A DNA stretch of 64,000 bases from a virus, in IMG/VR virus record IMGVR_UViG_3300002835_000017; one strand, written 5' to 3'. Below the pieces are notes generated by a model. That model was not told where the DNA came from. It made no database searches and saw only the letters and a list, made by a program, of their open reading frames with translations. Shown piece by piece: positions 49,716-58,660 of the stretch. The position numbers were made by a program, and so were the translations under genes. Position 1 is the first letter of the stretch. The number at the start of each line of letters is the position of its first letter.

Positions 49716-50366
49716 TTATAATATCTTTTTACCATTTTCTTTAAACAATCCTGCGTACACATAATTTGCAAATTGTTTATGTCCCAAAAAACTTAAATGA
49801 TAATCTTCCATTTTACCTTTGGTAGCATCTTTTATATTTTGTGCTCTCGAATCTTCCCAAATAGTTTGGGTATAAAATTCAAAATATTTATAACATTTTA
49901 TTATAGATTTTAAAAAATCATATCTTTGTTCATGACGTTGACGATATACATCATGCCCACTAAAATAATATGAAAAATTAACAATGGTTTCATATTCTTC
50001 TTTACTTTTAACTGTGGTTTTATATCCTGTTTCGGATTTGACTACGTTTCCGCATATAGTATAAAATTCACCTGGAGTTTCAGATGGTATATCAAATCGA
50101 TTTGAAAAAGTTTTATTAACAATTACAATATCGTTTTCCGAAATTAAATGATAATTACTTATTATCTTATCAAATATATAATCATTAGATGCTCCACATT
50201 TACCCAAATTATTTAATTTATATCCCAATTTATTGGCCAATATAACAGGCCAAATTAAATCATCATCATTTTTTTTATATTGTTTATAATAGTCATCCCC
50301 CTCATAGTTTAGGACACATCCGTGTCCAAACGTCATTGAATCGCCAAAAGTCCAAAGTGTTGCCAT
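49716..50366 (-). CDS. SGNH/GDSL hydrolase-like protein
   Basis: FGDSMTFG, NLGKCGASN, DYHLSFLGH. Confidence 0.85.
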   Translation of the reverse strand: MATLWTFGDSMTFGHGCVLNYEGDDYYKQYKKNDDDLIWPVILANKLGYKLNNLGKCGASNDYIFDKIISNYHLISENDIVIVNKTFSNRFDIPSETPGEFYTICGNVVKSETGYKTTVKSKEEYETIVNFSYYFSGHDVYRQRHEQRYDFLKSIIKCYKYFEFYTQTIWEDSRAQNIKDATKGKMEDYHLSFLGHKQFANYVYAGLFKENGKKIL

Positions 50367-50368
50367 TT

Positions 50369-51418
50369 TTAAATTAAAGTTTTTTCAGTTTCGTATAAAT
50401 GATGAAAATTATGTAATACATTTGGAATATTTTTAACTTTATCCAATTCTAACAAAAACAAATTATGTTCTGGATGTTCTGGATTTGCTACATTTTTAAT
50501 TTTAAATTCAGCTTCACTGAATGTACCCCAATCCGAAATTACATTAGTTCTGATATCCCATTTTACTTTACTTTCTCTGTTATCCATATATGATTTAATC
50601 ATTTTATAAAAATCATACATTTCTTTATAATTAGTATCTTGCACCACAAATGAAAAAATATATTCTTTAATTGTTGGTATTTTTGTTATAAAACTTAAAT
50701 TTTCATGTAACACATTCCAATTACCACCAATTCTAGTTTTAGTTTCGTATGTTTCTTTTGTAGCTGCATCTATTGAAATTTCACAAGTATTAACATAACA
50801 ATGTATTCCACTCATCTTCTCCCACATTTCGGGAGTCCATAGTGACCCATTTGTATGTAAGTGAATTGATTTTAATTTTTTAAATTTGGTTGAATCCAAT
50901 GTAATAAGAAACTGTCTAAATGATTTTGAGAAAAATGGGTCAGCCGAACCACTCAATACTAATCTTTCAACAAACGGTGATATTTCGTTATTGATTTCAG
51001 TTAGTTTTTTTTCTACAGTTAATCGTGCATTACCTTTATAATTTATCAATTCAACTCTACAGGATGGACATTGAAAATTACAACTTCTATCAAATGTAAA
51101 ATTAATTACTTTAGGTTTTTTGGTTTTATGTAAAGTATCAACATTTTCACGTGTATTAGGTATAAATTTAAGAGGTACTCTATTACTTTTTAAACTTGCT
51201 AAATACGGACATAAAGTTTCATTACAATATTTGTAACTACCATCGGTTACACTATCTCTTATTTTTTCAGAAATTTCAGAATTAAAGCTAGATACTATAC
51301 CACTACCATCATTTATATCAACTGGTAGCCAAGATGGACAGCACAAAAATTGTTTATTATCCTCCACTTCTGTAAAGTAGAATGGAGCGGTACATATATA
51401 TTTTGATTTATCAATCAT
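50369..51418 (-). CDS. Radical SAM protein with N-terminal auxiliary Cys cluster
   Basis: CNFQCPSC; CTAPF..CCPSW..CNETLCP; HTNG; ISIDAA. Confidence 0.9.
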   Translation of the reverse strand: MIDKSKYICTAPFYFTEVEDNKQFLCCPSWLPVDINDGSGIVSSFNSEISEKIRDSVTDGSYKYCNETLCPYLASLKSNRVPLKFIPNTRENVDTLHKTKKPKVINFTFDRSCNFQCPSCRVELINYKGNARLTVEKKLTEINNEISPFVERLVLSGSADPFFSKSFRQFLITLDSTKFKKLKSIHLHTNGSLWTPEMWEKMSGIHCYVNTCEISIDAATKETYETKTRIGGNWNVLHENLSFITKIPTIKEYIFSFVVQDTNYKEMYDFYKMIKSYMDNRESKVKWDIRTNVISDWGTFSEAEFKIKNVANPEHPEHNLFLLELDKVKNIPNVLHNFHHLYETEKTLI

Positions 51419-51435
51419 CCTTTAATACTATTATA

Positions 51436-51918
51436 TTAAAATATTTTCTTTTTTATATTTTTTTTATCTATAAACACAATCAATGACCATCGTTCACCAT
51501 AAGTTACTTCTTTAACTTCATGCAATCCACTTCCATAAAAACTATATATAGAACCACATATCTTTGGTAAAATTTTCATCGGATTGTAACATATAAGTTC
51601 TCCACCTCCGTAATCTTCATTCAAGCAAACTCCTATATTATATTCACTTCTTTTATCTATATGCGGTTGAAATTTATTTCCTGTTTGAACATTTTGTAAG
51701 TGAATTAAATTAATTGGTTCTACTAATTTTATACTTGTATGTTGTTCAATGTATTCCATTAATCTTACAAAAATCCATTCCGTTAAATCGGTTCGTTCTA
51801 CATGCCAAGCAAAGTATTTTGTTTCATCACTTTCCCACCATTCATCAGATGTATGTTTTTTAAATACACTTTGAAGTGAAATTATTTTTTTACATTCTTC
51901 TTTTGTAAAATTTATCAT
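51436..51918 (-). CDS. 2OG-Fe(II) oxygenase (prolyl 4-hydroxylase-like)
   Basis: PHID, LNEDYGGGEL, LHEV..GERWSL. Confidence 0.85.
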   Translation of the reverse strand: MINFTKEECKKIISLQSVFKKHTSDEWWESDETKYFAWHVERTDLTEWIFVRLMEYIEQHTSIKLVEPINLIHLQNVQTGNKFQPHIDKRSEYNIGVCLNEDYGGGELICYNPMKILPKICGSIYSFYGSGLHEVKEVTYGERWSLIVFIDKKNIKKKIF

Positions 51919-51924
51919 ATAATT

Positions 51925-52497
51925 TTATAATAAAGTTTTATTACTAGATATAGTACTACCATATTTAGCATTATTAGATATAGTAGTTCTCAATATAGAT
52001 ATATGTGTAAGTTTTAAATGAGATGGAAACAATAGTTGAAATTTTATTATATCAAAAATTTCTGAAAATTTTATTTTATTAGATGTAACTATTTTGTTAT
52101 GTTCTAACGTAGTAGGATATAAATTCACAACTCTTAATTTCATATTGTGATGTTTATTTATTAGATTAATGGAAGATTTTTGTAAATTTAATTTACTTTC
52201 TCTATACTCATCAATACTACCATTATTAAGAATAGCCGATGTTAGTATATTAAAAATAGTTTTTTCTTTATATTTCCATTCTTCAAAAAGTTCTTCAAAT
52301 AATTTTTGTTGATAAATTGGATGATATGTATTATTTATAAAAACATCACATTCATTAGCATCTTGTATTATTTTTTCGTAATTTTCTAATGAATAATTAT
52401 TGGTTCTTGAAAATCCAATAACTTCGTTTTCTTTTTTGAGTAGGGTATAAAGTTCTTTACCTAAATTTTGAGTATGACCTGTTATTGCTACTTTCAT
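51925..52497 (-). CDS. Short-chain dehydrogenase/reductase-like protein
   Basis: VAITGHTQNLG, DVFINN, YRESK (YxxxK). Confidence 0.75.
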   Translation of the reverse strand: MKVAITGHTQNLGKELYTLLKKENEVIGFSRTNNYSLENYEKIIQDANECDVFINNTYHPIYQQKLFEELFEEWKYKEKTIFNILTSAILNNGSIDEYRESKLNLQKSSINLINKHHNMKLRVVNLYPTTLEHNKIVTSNKIKFSEIFDIIKFQLLFPSHLKLTHISILRTTISNNAKYGSTISSNKTLL

Positions 52498-52545
52498 TGA
52501 ATTAATTTTTTTGTTTCCTTTAGAATATATACGGCATTGTTTTAC

Positions 52546-53490
52546 TTAAATTAAACTATTATTTTTTAATAAAACACTTTTCTTTTCAGTTTTCTGAATC
52601 CACTCATAGTATTTTTTAGATGCAGTATTTTCTTTTAGTTTTAAATTTAAGTTATATGGGAGTGATTTTTTATAGTTTGATTTATTAAAATAATTGATAT
52701 TAGAATTGGTTACTCCTGCATTATGCATTATGTTATATCTATTATAAAAATCCTCACTTGATGTTGCAAAAACAAACATTAAATCGGGATGACATTGTGT
52801 TTTATATCCACCCTTCCAAATGTTCCATAGTACAGACCACATATCTGCTGCCCATATTTGTAATTCATGATAAGATGGATTTTCTTGTTTTTTCTTGTTA
52901 TTTAATTGGGTTATTTTTTTATATAAATTTTCACAATCACGCTCCACATTTTCCCAAAAAGTATCATCTATATTTTTTAAAATATACTGTGCCCCGATTG
53001 AATTATTATTATTATCGATAACAAGTTGTGGATTTATATCTACTATTTTAACCATTTTATCAAAAACATCTTTGCCTTTAGAAATTATATAGTCATACGA
53101 AATATACCAATGTGTATTAGAACCATAAAATATATCATCGTTTTCAAACTGATTCCAATTTATTGGAACTCTAAATATAATATCACAATCGTGATAAAAT
53201 ATGGTTTCATTTTTTAAATTAGGATGTAATTTAAAATGTTGTTTAAGAATATTAGGTCTTATTGAAGAAATATAATGTTTTGTTATACGAGTATCCTCAT
53301 AGAAAAAAAATCTAGCATTATACCCATTTGATAATTTTTTCCATACTTCTGGTATTTTATTATTTTTTTTTGTGCAAACTATATCAACACATTGAAGGTC
53401 CACCCCCATTTCCATAAAATTATTAAGCATGACTTCTATTTGCCATGCAAAGTATAATTCGGATGGTTGTGCACAAATAAATCTAATCAT
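52546..53490 (-). CDS. GT-A glycosyltransferase resembling GT95/GT96 (Hyp-arabinosyl / Ser-galactosyl transferases)
   Basis: YFAWQ, SIRP, YHDCD (DxD), WAADMW, HNAG. Confidence 0.6.
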   Translation of the reverse strand: MIRFICAQPSELYFAWQIEVMLNNFMEMGVDLQCVDIVCTKKNNKIPEVWKKLSNGYNARFFFYEDTRITKHYISSIRPNILKQHFKLHPNLKNETIFYHDCDIIFRVPINWNQFENDDIFYGSNTHWYISYDYIISKGKDVFDKMVKIVDINPQLVIDNNNNSIGAQYILKNIDDTFWENVERDCENLYKKITQLNNKKKQENPSYHELQIWAADMWSVLWNIWKGGYKTQCHPDLMFVFATSSEDFYNRYNIMHNAGVTNSNINYFNKSNYKKSLPYNLNLKLKENTASKKYYEWIQKTEKKSVLLKNNSLI

Positions 53491-53504
53491 AATTTTTTTA
53501 TAAA

Positions 53505-54101
53505 TTATAATAATTTACTTTTAGCAGAAGAAAAATCGGATTCATATAAAAATATAGTTAAACTAAATCTAATACCCTCTTCTAATAGTTTTACTTCATG
53601 TATATCCGAACTTAAAAATAAAGAATATGACCCTTGTTCTTTGGATTGAGGAACATCCTTAACATATAAATATCCACCAACATAATCTTTAGGGTCTGAT
53701 AATTGGATTACTAAAGTTTTATATGTACAACCAAATTCATCTATGCTTCTAAAATCACGATGAGGCGCAAAAAAATCACCTTCAATATATTTTGTTATTT
53801 TAACCTGATTATTTAAAATAGATTTTATACCGATTTTTGATAATCTACTTAAAATAAAATTTATTAATTCTTTGTTAAACAAATCTAAAAATTTTAATTT
53901 TGCATTTTTTGGTTTGATGGTAATTATTCTACCGTTTTCCGTTTGTAATTGTACAGTAGTTGCACCATTTATTACGGTAGTAGTATCTTTACGGTAATTG
54001 CCATTGGTTGTTCGATATACTACACCATCTATTGAATTAAAATCATCCCAAAAAGATTTTATATATTCACAATCTTCTTTTGAAAATAAAACATTATCCA
54101 T
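53505..54101 (-). CDS. 2OG-Fe(II) oxygenase (prolyl 4-hydroxylase-like)
   Basis: PHRD, QLSDPKDYVGG, IHEV..GIRFSL. Confidence 0.87.
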   Translation of the reverse strand: MDNVLFSKEDCEYIKSFWDDFNSIDGVVYRTTNGNYRKDTTTVINGATTVQLQTENGRIITIKPKNAKLKFLDLFNKELINFILSRLSKIGIKSILNNQVKITKYIEGDFFAPHRDFRSIDEFGCTYKTLVIQLSDPKDYVGGYLYVKDVPQSKEQGSYSLFLSSDIHEVKLLEEGIRFSLTIFLYESDFSSAKSKLL

Positions 54102-54116
54102 AAATAACTTAATGTA

Positions 54117-54254
54117 TTATAGATGTTTTTGTTTAAATAAATTTACAAAGGTAGTAATTATATTCATTGCTTTTAATTTATCATCAGATGATGCTAATGA
54201 TATTTGTGTATTTGCTACTTCTTGAACCGGTATTTTTTTATATATTGTTGCCAT
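54117..54254 (-). CDS. 45-aa small protein downstream of the Hint polyprotein (absent from ORF track)
   Basis: MATIYKKIPVQEVANTQISLASSDDKLKAMNIITTFVNLFKQKHL fills the intergenic gap, A-rich leader. Confidence 0.6.
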   Translation of the reverse strand: MATIYKKIPVQEVANTQISLASSDDKLKAMNIITTFVNLFKQKHL

Positions 54255-54276
54255 TTTATTTTTGTTTATTAATAAG

Positions 54277-56484
54277 TTATTGAAAAACTGCTTGTCTTTT
54301 AAGAGTATTATTTAGTAATTCATTATCCCCTAAACCAGAAACCACAAAATCCTCCACTATAAAGTTATGCTCACTTTCAAATAAAAGATTACCATCTATT
54401 TCTAAATTATAAAAATTATCCACATATTGAATACCTAATTCAACACCTGGTGCTTCAAAAATTGGTTTCCATTCTCCATTATCATAGAATGGATGTAATC
54501 TATCGGAAATCATTCCTTTATATTTTACAACCTCAACAACATCATTTGTAGGGTGTATTAATTTATCAGTTACAACACCTCTTACATATTTACCGTCTTT
54601 GTAACTTAAAATACAATCTCCTATTTCTATATCAATAATATTTTTAAAACTACCATCTTCCATTTCAACTTTGGTTTCAGCAGTGAAACACGATGTTGTT
54701 GTTGTAACTTTATTATGAACTAAAATGTTTTCTGCAAAATAAGTATGATTATCTTTAACATCAATTAAGTGATATACTTTGAATTCACCTTTTAAAGATT
54801 CAATTGATTTAACTTTTACAAGAATACCATCTTTATTAAATAACAAATTACCTACTTTAATATCTTGTGCGTGAGACCATCCGTGTTCCTCAACATAAAA
54901 TTTATGTAAAGGTGTACTTTTAACTTCATCACCATTTTCAGTTACAATATAAATAAGTTCATTTTGAGTAGAAACACGAATACTTGTAGCCGTACCTGCT
55001 CCATATTTTCCTTGTTCATTATTGTAAGTAAGTAAAACATCAGTAGTAGTTAAATCTTCAATGTTTTTATATGTACCATCATTTAACAATATACGAGTTC
55101 CTGCTGGGAAACAGTTGTGGGTTACAATCTTAATATTGATATCATTATCATATAATGCAAATGTATCAGTTTCTTCCAAATCTAAAATGTAAGTTGAAAG
55201 TCCTTCTTCGTTTAAAACTTCAAAATCATTATCAGTAATATCAATAAGATTACCATCTAATTTGAATACCTTATGTTCTCCTGGTATAATTCCTGCAACT
55301 TCTTCGTATCTAATTAAATCAGAAACACTATCATAAATAAGAATATGTTGACCACCATTTGCTCTAAACGAACCACTACCATAGTATAAATGAGATACTA
55401 GATTATTTGGAAGTGATTGTTCTATTTTATTTATTAAAACCGAAGATGTAACATAAGAACCACTTGGTAAAGTTTGTCCAGGATAACTCCAACTTGTAAA
55501 TACCATAACACTATCGGTATCAGGTGTTCCTTCTATACAAAAAGATTTATAAGAACCGCCAATTTCAACATCAGATATTTGTACAGGATTTCCATCCGAA
55601 TCACTAATTAATTCTTCTTCAAAAATACCACCCCATGAATTATCAGTAATAAATTTAGGAAAGTTTGTTGTAAATTCATAATAATGTTTAGATGAAAGGT
55701 TAGATTCATCAATAAAAGATAAAGATTCTGGTTTTTCAAAAACTGCAGTAGGTTCAATTGTTACCAAATTTATTACATCTAATTCAGAACCATATATTAT
55801 GTTAAATGTACGAATTGATTTATGTCTAATGTCATCGGTATCTTCATAATTCATTAAAATATTAGATTCAATATATGATTGAGATATAAATGAATCAAAC
55901 GAATTTTCTAAACTTACACCATCTTGTGTTTGTATTTTATAAAAAGATAATGGATATCTAGCATAAGTTTCATCTTTTATAACAATATCCGGTATATTTT
56001 CGGAATTAACAACTCTTTGTAATCCATCATAAAAAAATTCCGATGATGAAATATACATAGAAGGTATTGAACCAGTTTCGGATGCATCTATAAATAATTT
56101 ATGTAATTCAAATGATGATTTACAATATTCACTATCAAATACAGCAGATTCATCATACGCTAATCTTAATATAAATTTATTATCAGAATCTTCAACATTT
56201 GTTGGATAAACAGTTGATATATCTTCTTCGTATATAACAAATGAGGTAATGTTAGGTTGTGATTGAATACTTTGAGATAAAAAAGTTAAAAACCCACTTT
56301 GGAATGGTTTGTGAATTACCTCCAATGAATCGATATTATTATCAGATAATATTGAAAAGAATTCAGTAAAATCAAGTTGAGATACTGAACTACTCCAGAA
56401 TCCAGTATCGGTATTTAATTCCAATAATCTCAAATTACCAGTTGAGTCTTTTACAAAATCTGCGGAAAATAGTGTTCCTTTCAT
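54277..56484 (-). CDS. Circularly permuted ATP-grasp-like domain fused to three tandem Hint domains
   Basis: N-terminal DFVKD..LLELNTD; Hint1 G286..VTHN457; Hint2 C458FPAGT..STPLH..LVHN591; linker KVTTTTS; Hint3 C599FTAET..FYNL..VVSG; TATTTATA at 56512-56519. Confidence 0.8.
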   Translation of the reverse strand: MKGTLFSADFVKDSTGNLRLLELNTDTGFWSSSVSQLDFTEFFSILSDNNIDSLEVIHKPFQSGFLTFLSQSIQSQPNITSFVIYEEDISTVYPTNVEDSDNKFILRLAYDESAVFDSEYCKSSFELHKLFIDASETGSIPSMYISSSEFFYDGLQRVVNSENIPDIVIKDETYARYPLSFYKIQTQDGVSLENSFDSFISQSYIESNILMNYEDTDDIRHKSIRTFNIIYGSELDVINLVTIEPTAVFEKPESLSFIDESNLSSKHYYEFTTNFPKFITDNSWGGIFEEELISDSDGNPVQISDVEIGGSYKSFCIEGTPDTDSVMVFTSWSYPGQTLPSGSYVTSSVLINKIEQSLPNNLVSHLYYGSGSFRANGGQHILIYDSVSDLIRYEEVAGIIPGEHKVFKLDGNLIDITDNDFEVLNEEGLSTYILDLEETDTFALYDNDINIKIVTHNCFPAGTRILLNDGTYKNIEDLTTTDVLLTYNNEQGKYGAGTATSIRVSTQNELIYIVTENGDEVKSTPLHKFYVEEHGWSHAQDIKVGNLLFNKDGILVKVKSIESLKGEFKVYHLIDVKDNHTYFAENILVHNKVTTTTSCFTAETKVEMEDGSFKNIIDIEIGDCILSYKDGKYVRGVVTDKLIHPTNDVVEVVKYKGMISDRLHPFYDNGEWKPIFEAPGVELGIQYVDNFYNLEIDGNLLFESEHNFIVEDFVVSGLGDNELLNNTLKRQAVFQ

Positions 56485-56547
56485 AGTGTTGTGTTTATTC
56501 GTTTATTCCTGTATAAATATGAGTATTACAAATAAATGATTATTATT

Positions 56548-57147
56548 CTATATTAAGTTTTGTTTTGGTTTAATATCAATTGTATTTCGTAATCTATTTC
56601 TATTATCTAATAGAGAATACGATTTTACTTTTTTAATTTCTAGATAGTTAGTTAATTTATCAATATCTACATTACTTTGATATAGATTTTCACAATATAT
56701 ATTTTCGTATGATATTAATAATTCAATTTGTGGTATATTAGATATTAACTCTTTGTTTTTTTGTAATCTAGATTCCTCCTTTTTGATTTCTTCTTCATTT
56801 TCTGTTATCCATTCATTAGTTATTTCATAACAATCTCTCCAAATGTTAGAAGCCAATGCCCAGCAGTGTGATATCGCACACTCTCGTGTATCATTTCGTA
56901 TCAAACCAATAATTTTATCCCAATTACTCCAATCGAACGTATCTAATTCATTTTCTATTTCACTAATCAAATATTTTACTACCGTATTGTTTTTGTTTTT
57001 AGCCAATAATCGTATTTTATAAATACTCAATATATCCCCATTATCCATTGTTGGTTCATGAATAGTTTCATACCTTTTTTCTGAACCAATCCAATTAAGT
57101 AAAGAGTATCCACCACTTCTACCCATCGCTATTATTAATATTCTCAT
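56548..57147 (-). CDS. Sulfotransferase-like P-loop protein
   Basis: IIAMGRSGGYSL (5'-PSB loop), HEP, LIR..AIS, ISYE. Confidence 0.7.
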   Translation of the reverse strand: MRILIIAMGRSGGYSLLNWIGSEKRYETIHEPTMDNGDILSIYKIRLLAKNKNNTVVKYLISEIENELDTFDWSNWDKIIGLIRNDTRECAISHCWALASNIWRDCYEITNEWITENEEEIKKEESRLQKNKELISNIPQIELLISYENIYCENLYQSNVDIDKLTNYLEIKKVKSYSLLDNRNRLRNTIDIKPKQNLI

Positions 57148-57887
57148 TATTTACCATTCTTAATTGAGCCAGATATATTTGATGCAATCGCATAAAACGC
57201 ATCGTATGCTTCTAATAGGGAATCAACTACTGGATGTCTATGGTTGGTAAGTAGGGTATGTGAATCCATATCCTTAATCTTCTTTGCAGCAGATACTAAA
57301 AACTTAAATCCACTTTCTCCTTTTGATTTTAAATCTACTTGTTGTGTATCACCACACACCACCATTTTACTTCTCAATCCCAAACGAGATGTAATCATTT
57401 CCATTTGTTCGTTAGTACAATTTTGAGCCTCATCTACAATAATAAATGAATCCAAAAATGTTCTACCTCGCATAAATGCAAGGGGTACAATTTCTACTGT
57501 CCCATCTTTTAAAATCTCATCTATTTTTTGTTTGTTGTAAAGTTGATAAAAGTTTGCATAAACTGGCTGCATCCAAGGTTCCATCTTTTCGCGAAGGTCA
57601 CCTGGTAGGAATCCAATTTCTTCTTTGGATACGGTAGGTCTTGTGATGATGATTTGTTTAACTTCTTTCTTAAATAACATATCCAATGCAACCTGACACG
57701 CTAGGAGTGTTTTACCACTACCTGCTTTACCACTCAATATGGTAATTGCATTTGATAAAATCTTTTCTTTGGCTTGTTTTTGTTCTTCATTTAACTGAAG
57801 TTGAAATTTAATAGAACCTTTTGGTCGTTTTTGGTCTGCTATTTGTTCTGTCAATTCTCTATGTTTTGTTGATATATTTGATGCCAT
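57147..57887 (-). CDS. phoH: PhoH-like ATPase
   Basis: GKAGSGKT, IGFLPGDL, LAFMRGRTF, DEAQN, RLG, GDTQQ.D, HRHP. Confidence 0.95.
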   Translation of the reverse strand: MASNISTKHRELTEQIADQKRPKGSIKFQLQLNEEQKQAKEKILSNAITILSGKAGSGKTLLACQVALDMLFKKEVKQIIITRPTVSKEEIGFLPGDLREKMEPWMQPVYANFYQLYNKQKIDEILKDGTVEIVPLAFMRGRTFLDSFIIVDEAQNCTNEQMEMITSRLGLRSKMVVCGDTQQVDLKSKGESGFKFLVSAAKKIKDMDSHTLLTNHRHPVVDSLLEAYDAFYAIASNISGSIKNGK

Positions 57888-57915
57888 AAATTTTTTGTCT
57901 AACTAATGAAACTTA

Positions 57916-58416
57916 TTAAATTACAGAATGTAAAATTAGTTCGTGCAATCCTTCAACAATTCCGTAATCTTTACTATCTACCCAAAAATGTAATTTTGAA
58001 TGACTACCAAAGTTGGATTTCAATTTATTCTTTTCGGAATGACCCGACATTGTAATCATATCAATAGAGTTATCTACACAATACTTCGCACAATTCAGTA
58101 TATTTTTTGAATTACCTGATGATGATATTAATATTACCAATGTATCGCCCTCCACAAAGTGTTCTAAAAACATTTGATATGCGTTATCCCATCCGTAATC
58201 ATTCGCATAACAACTCATTCTAGGAGTATCTCCGAACGCAATTGCTTTAACCCCTAACATTTTATGGTAATCCTCTGCTATATGTAACGCAACGGCATTA
58301 CTACCACCATTACCTAATATAATGATATTACTATGATGATGTATTAAATTTTTCAATGTTGCTAATTTACCCAATTCTATTTGGGATAAACATTTTTTAT
58401 ATTCTTGTAAATCCAT
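57916..58416 (-). CDS. gmhA: SIS-domain phosphoheptose isomerase-like protein
   Basis: GNGGS, HIAED, ANDYG, ISSSGNS.N, YGIVE.LH. Confidence 0.8.
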   Translation of the reverse strand: MDLQEYKKCLSQIELGKLATLKNLIHHHSNIIILGNGGSNAVALHIAEDYHKMLGVKAIAFGDTPRMSCYANDYGWDNAYQMFLEHFVEGDTLVILISSSGNSKNILNCAKYCVDNSIDMITMSGHSEKNKLKSNFGSHSKLHFWVDSKDYGIVEGLHELILHSVI

Positions 58417-58423
58417 ATATGCT

Positions 58424-58660
58424 TTATAAATTTTCTACACTATTCCATTTCTTTAAATCGCAACTACCCATAACAGGTGTGAATATCTTTTTACCCAACG
58501 GACACCCACATTCACCGCATATTTCGGTAAATACTACTGAAGGTTGTTTGGATGGGCATGTTTGACAAATAGTATATCGTTTTCCAGCTAATATAGTTTG
58601 CTCTGGTGTTGGGTTTGCAGCTCTTCTCCAACTTAAAAATATTTCTGATACTTTGTTCAT
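58424..58660 (-). CDS. Small Cys-rich protein
   Basis: R..ICQTCP..CGECGCPL.KK..CDLKKW. Confidence 0.7.
   Translation of the reverse strand: MNKVSEIFLSWRRAANPTPEQTILAGKRYTICQTCPSKQPSVVFTEICGECGCPLGKKIFTPVMGSCDLKKWNSVENL

Noticed and set aside
54712-55113. Hint2 as an ordinary self-splicing intein or mobile element
   Set aside because: The +1 residue is Lys rather than C/S/T, there is no homing endonuclease, and it is not inserted in a conserved housekeeping motif.
11713-56519. T4-type late promoters TATAAATA driving + strand transcription
   Set aside because: The motif sits upstream of minus-strand starts with no + strand genes to serve, and it flips orientation at the one divergent gene. 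The functional reading is TATTTATA.
463-58565. Numerous short + strand ORFs in the track (e.g. 33588..34097, 34823..35293, 32679..33143)
   Set aside because: They are antisense shadows of long, well-supported minus-strand genes and have no promoters or motifs.
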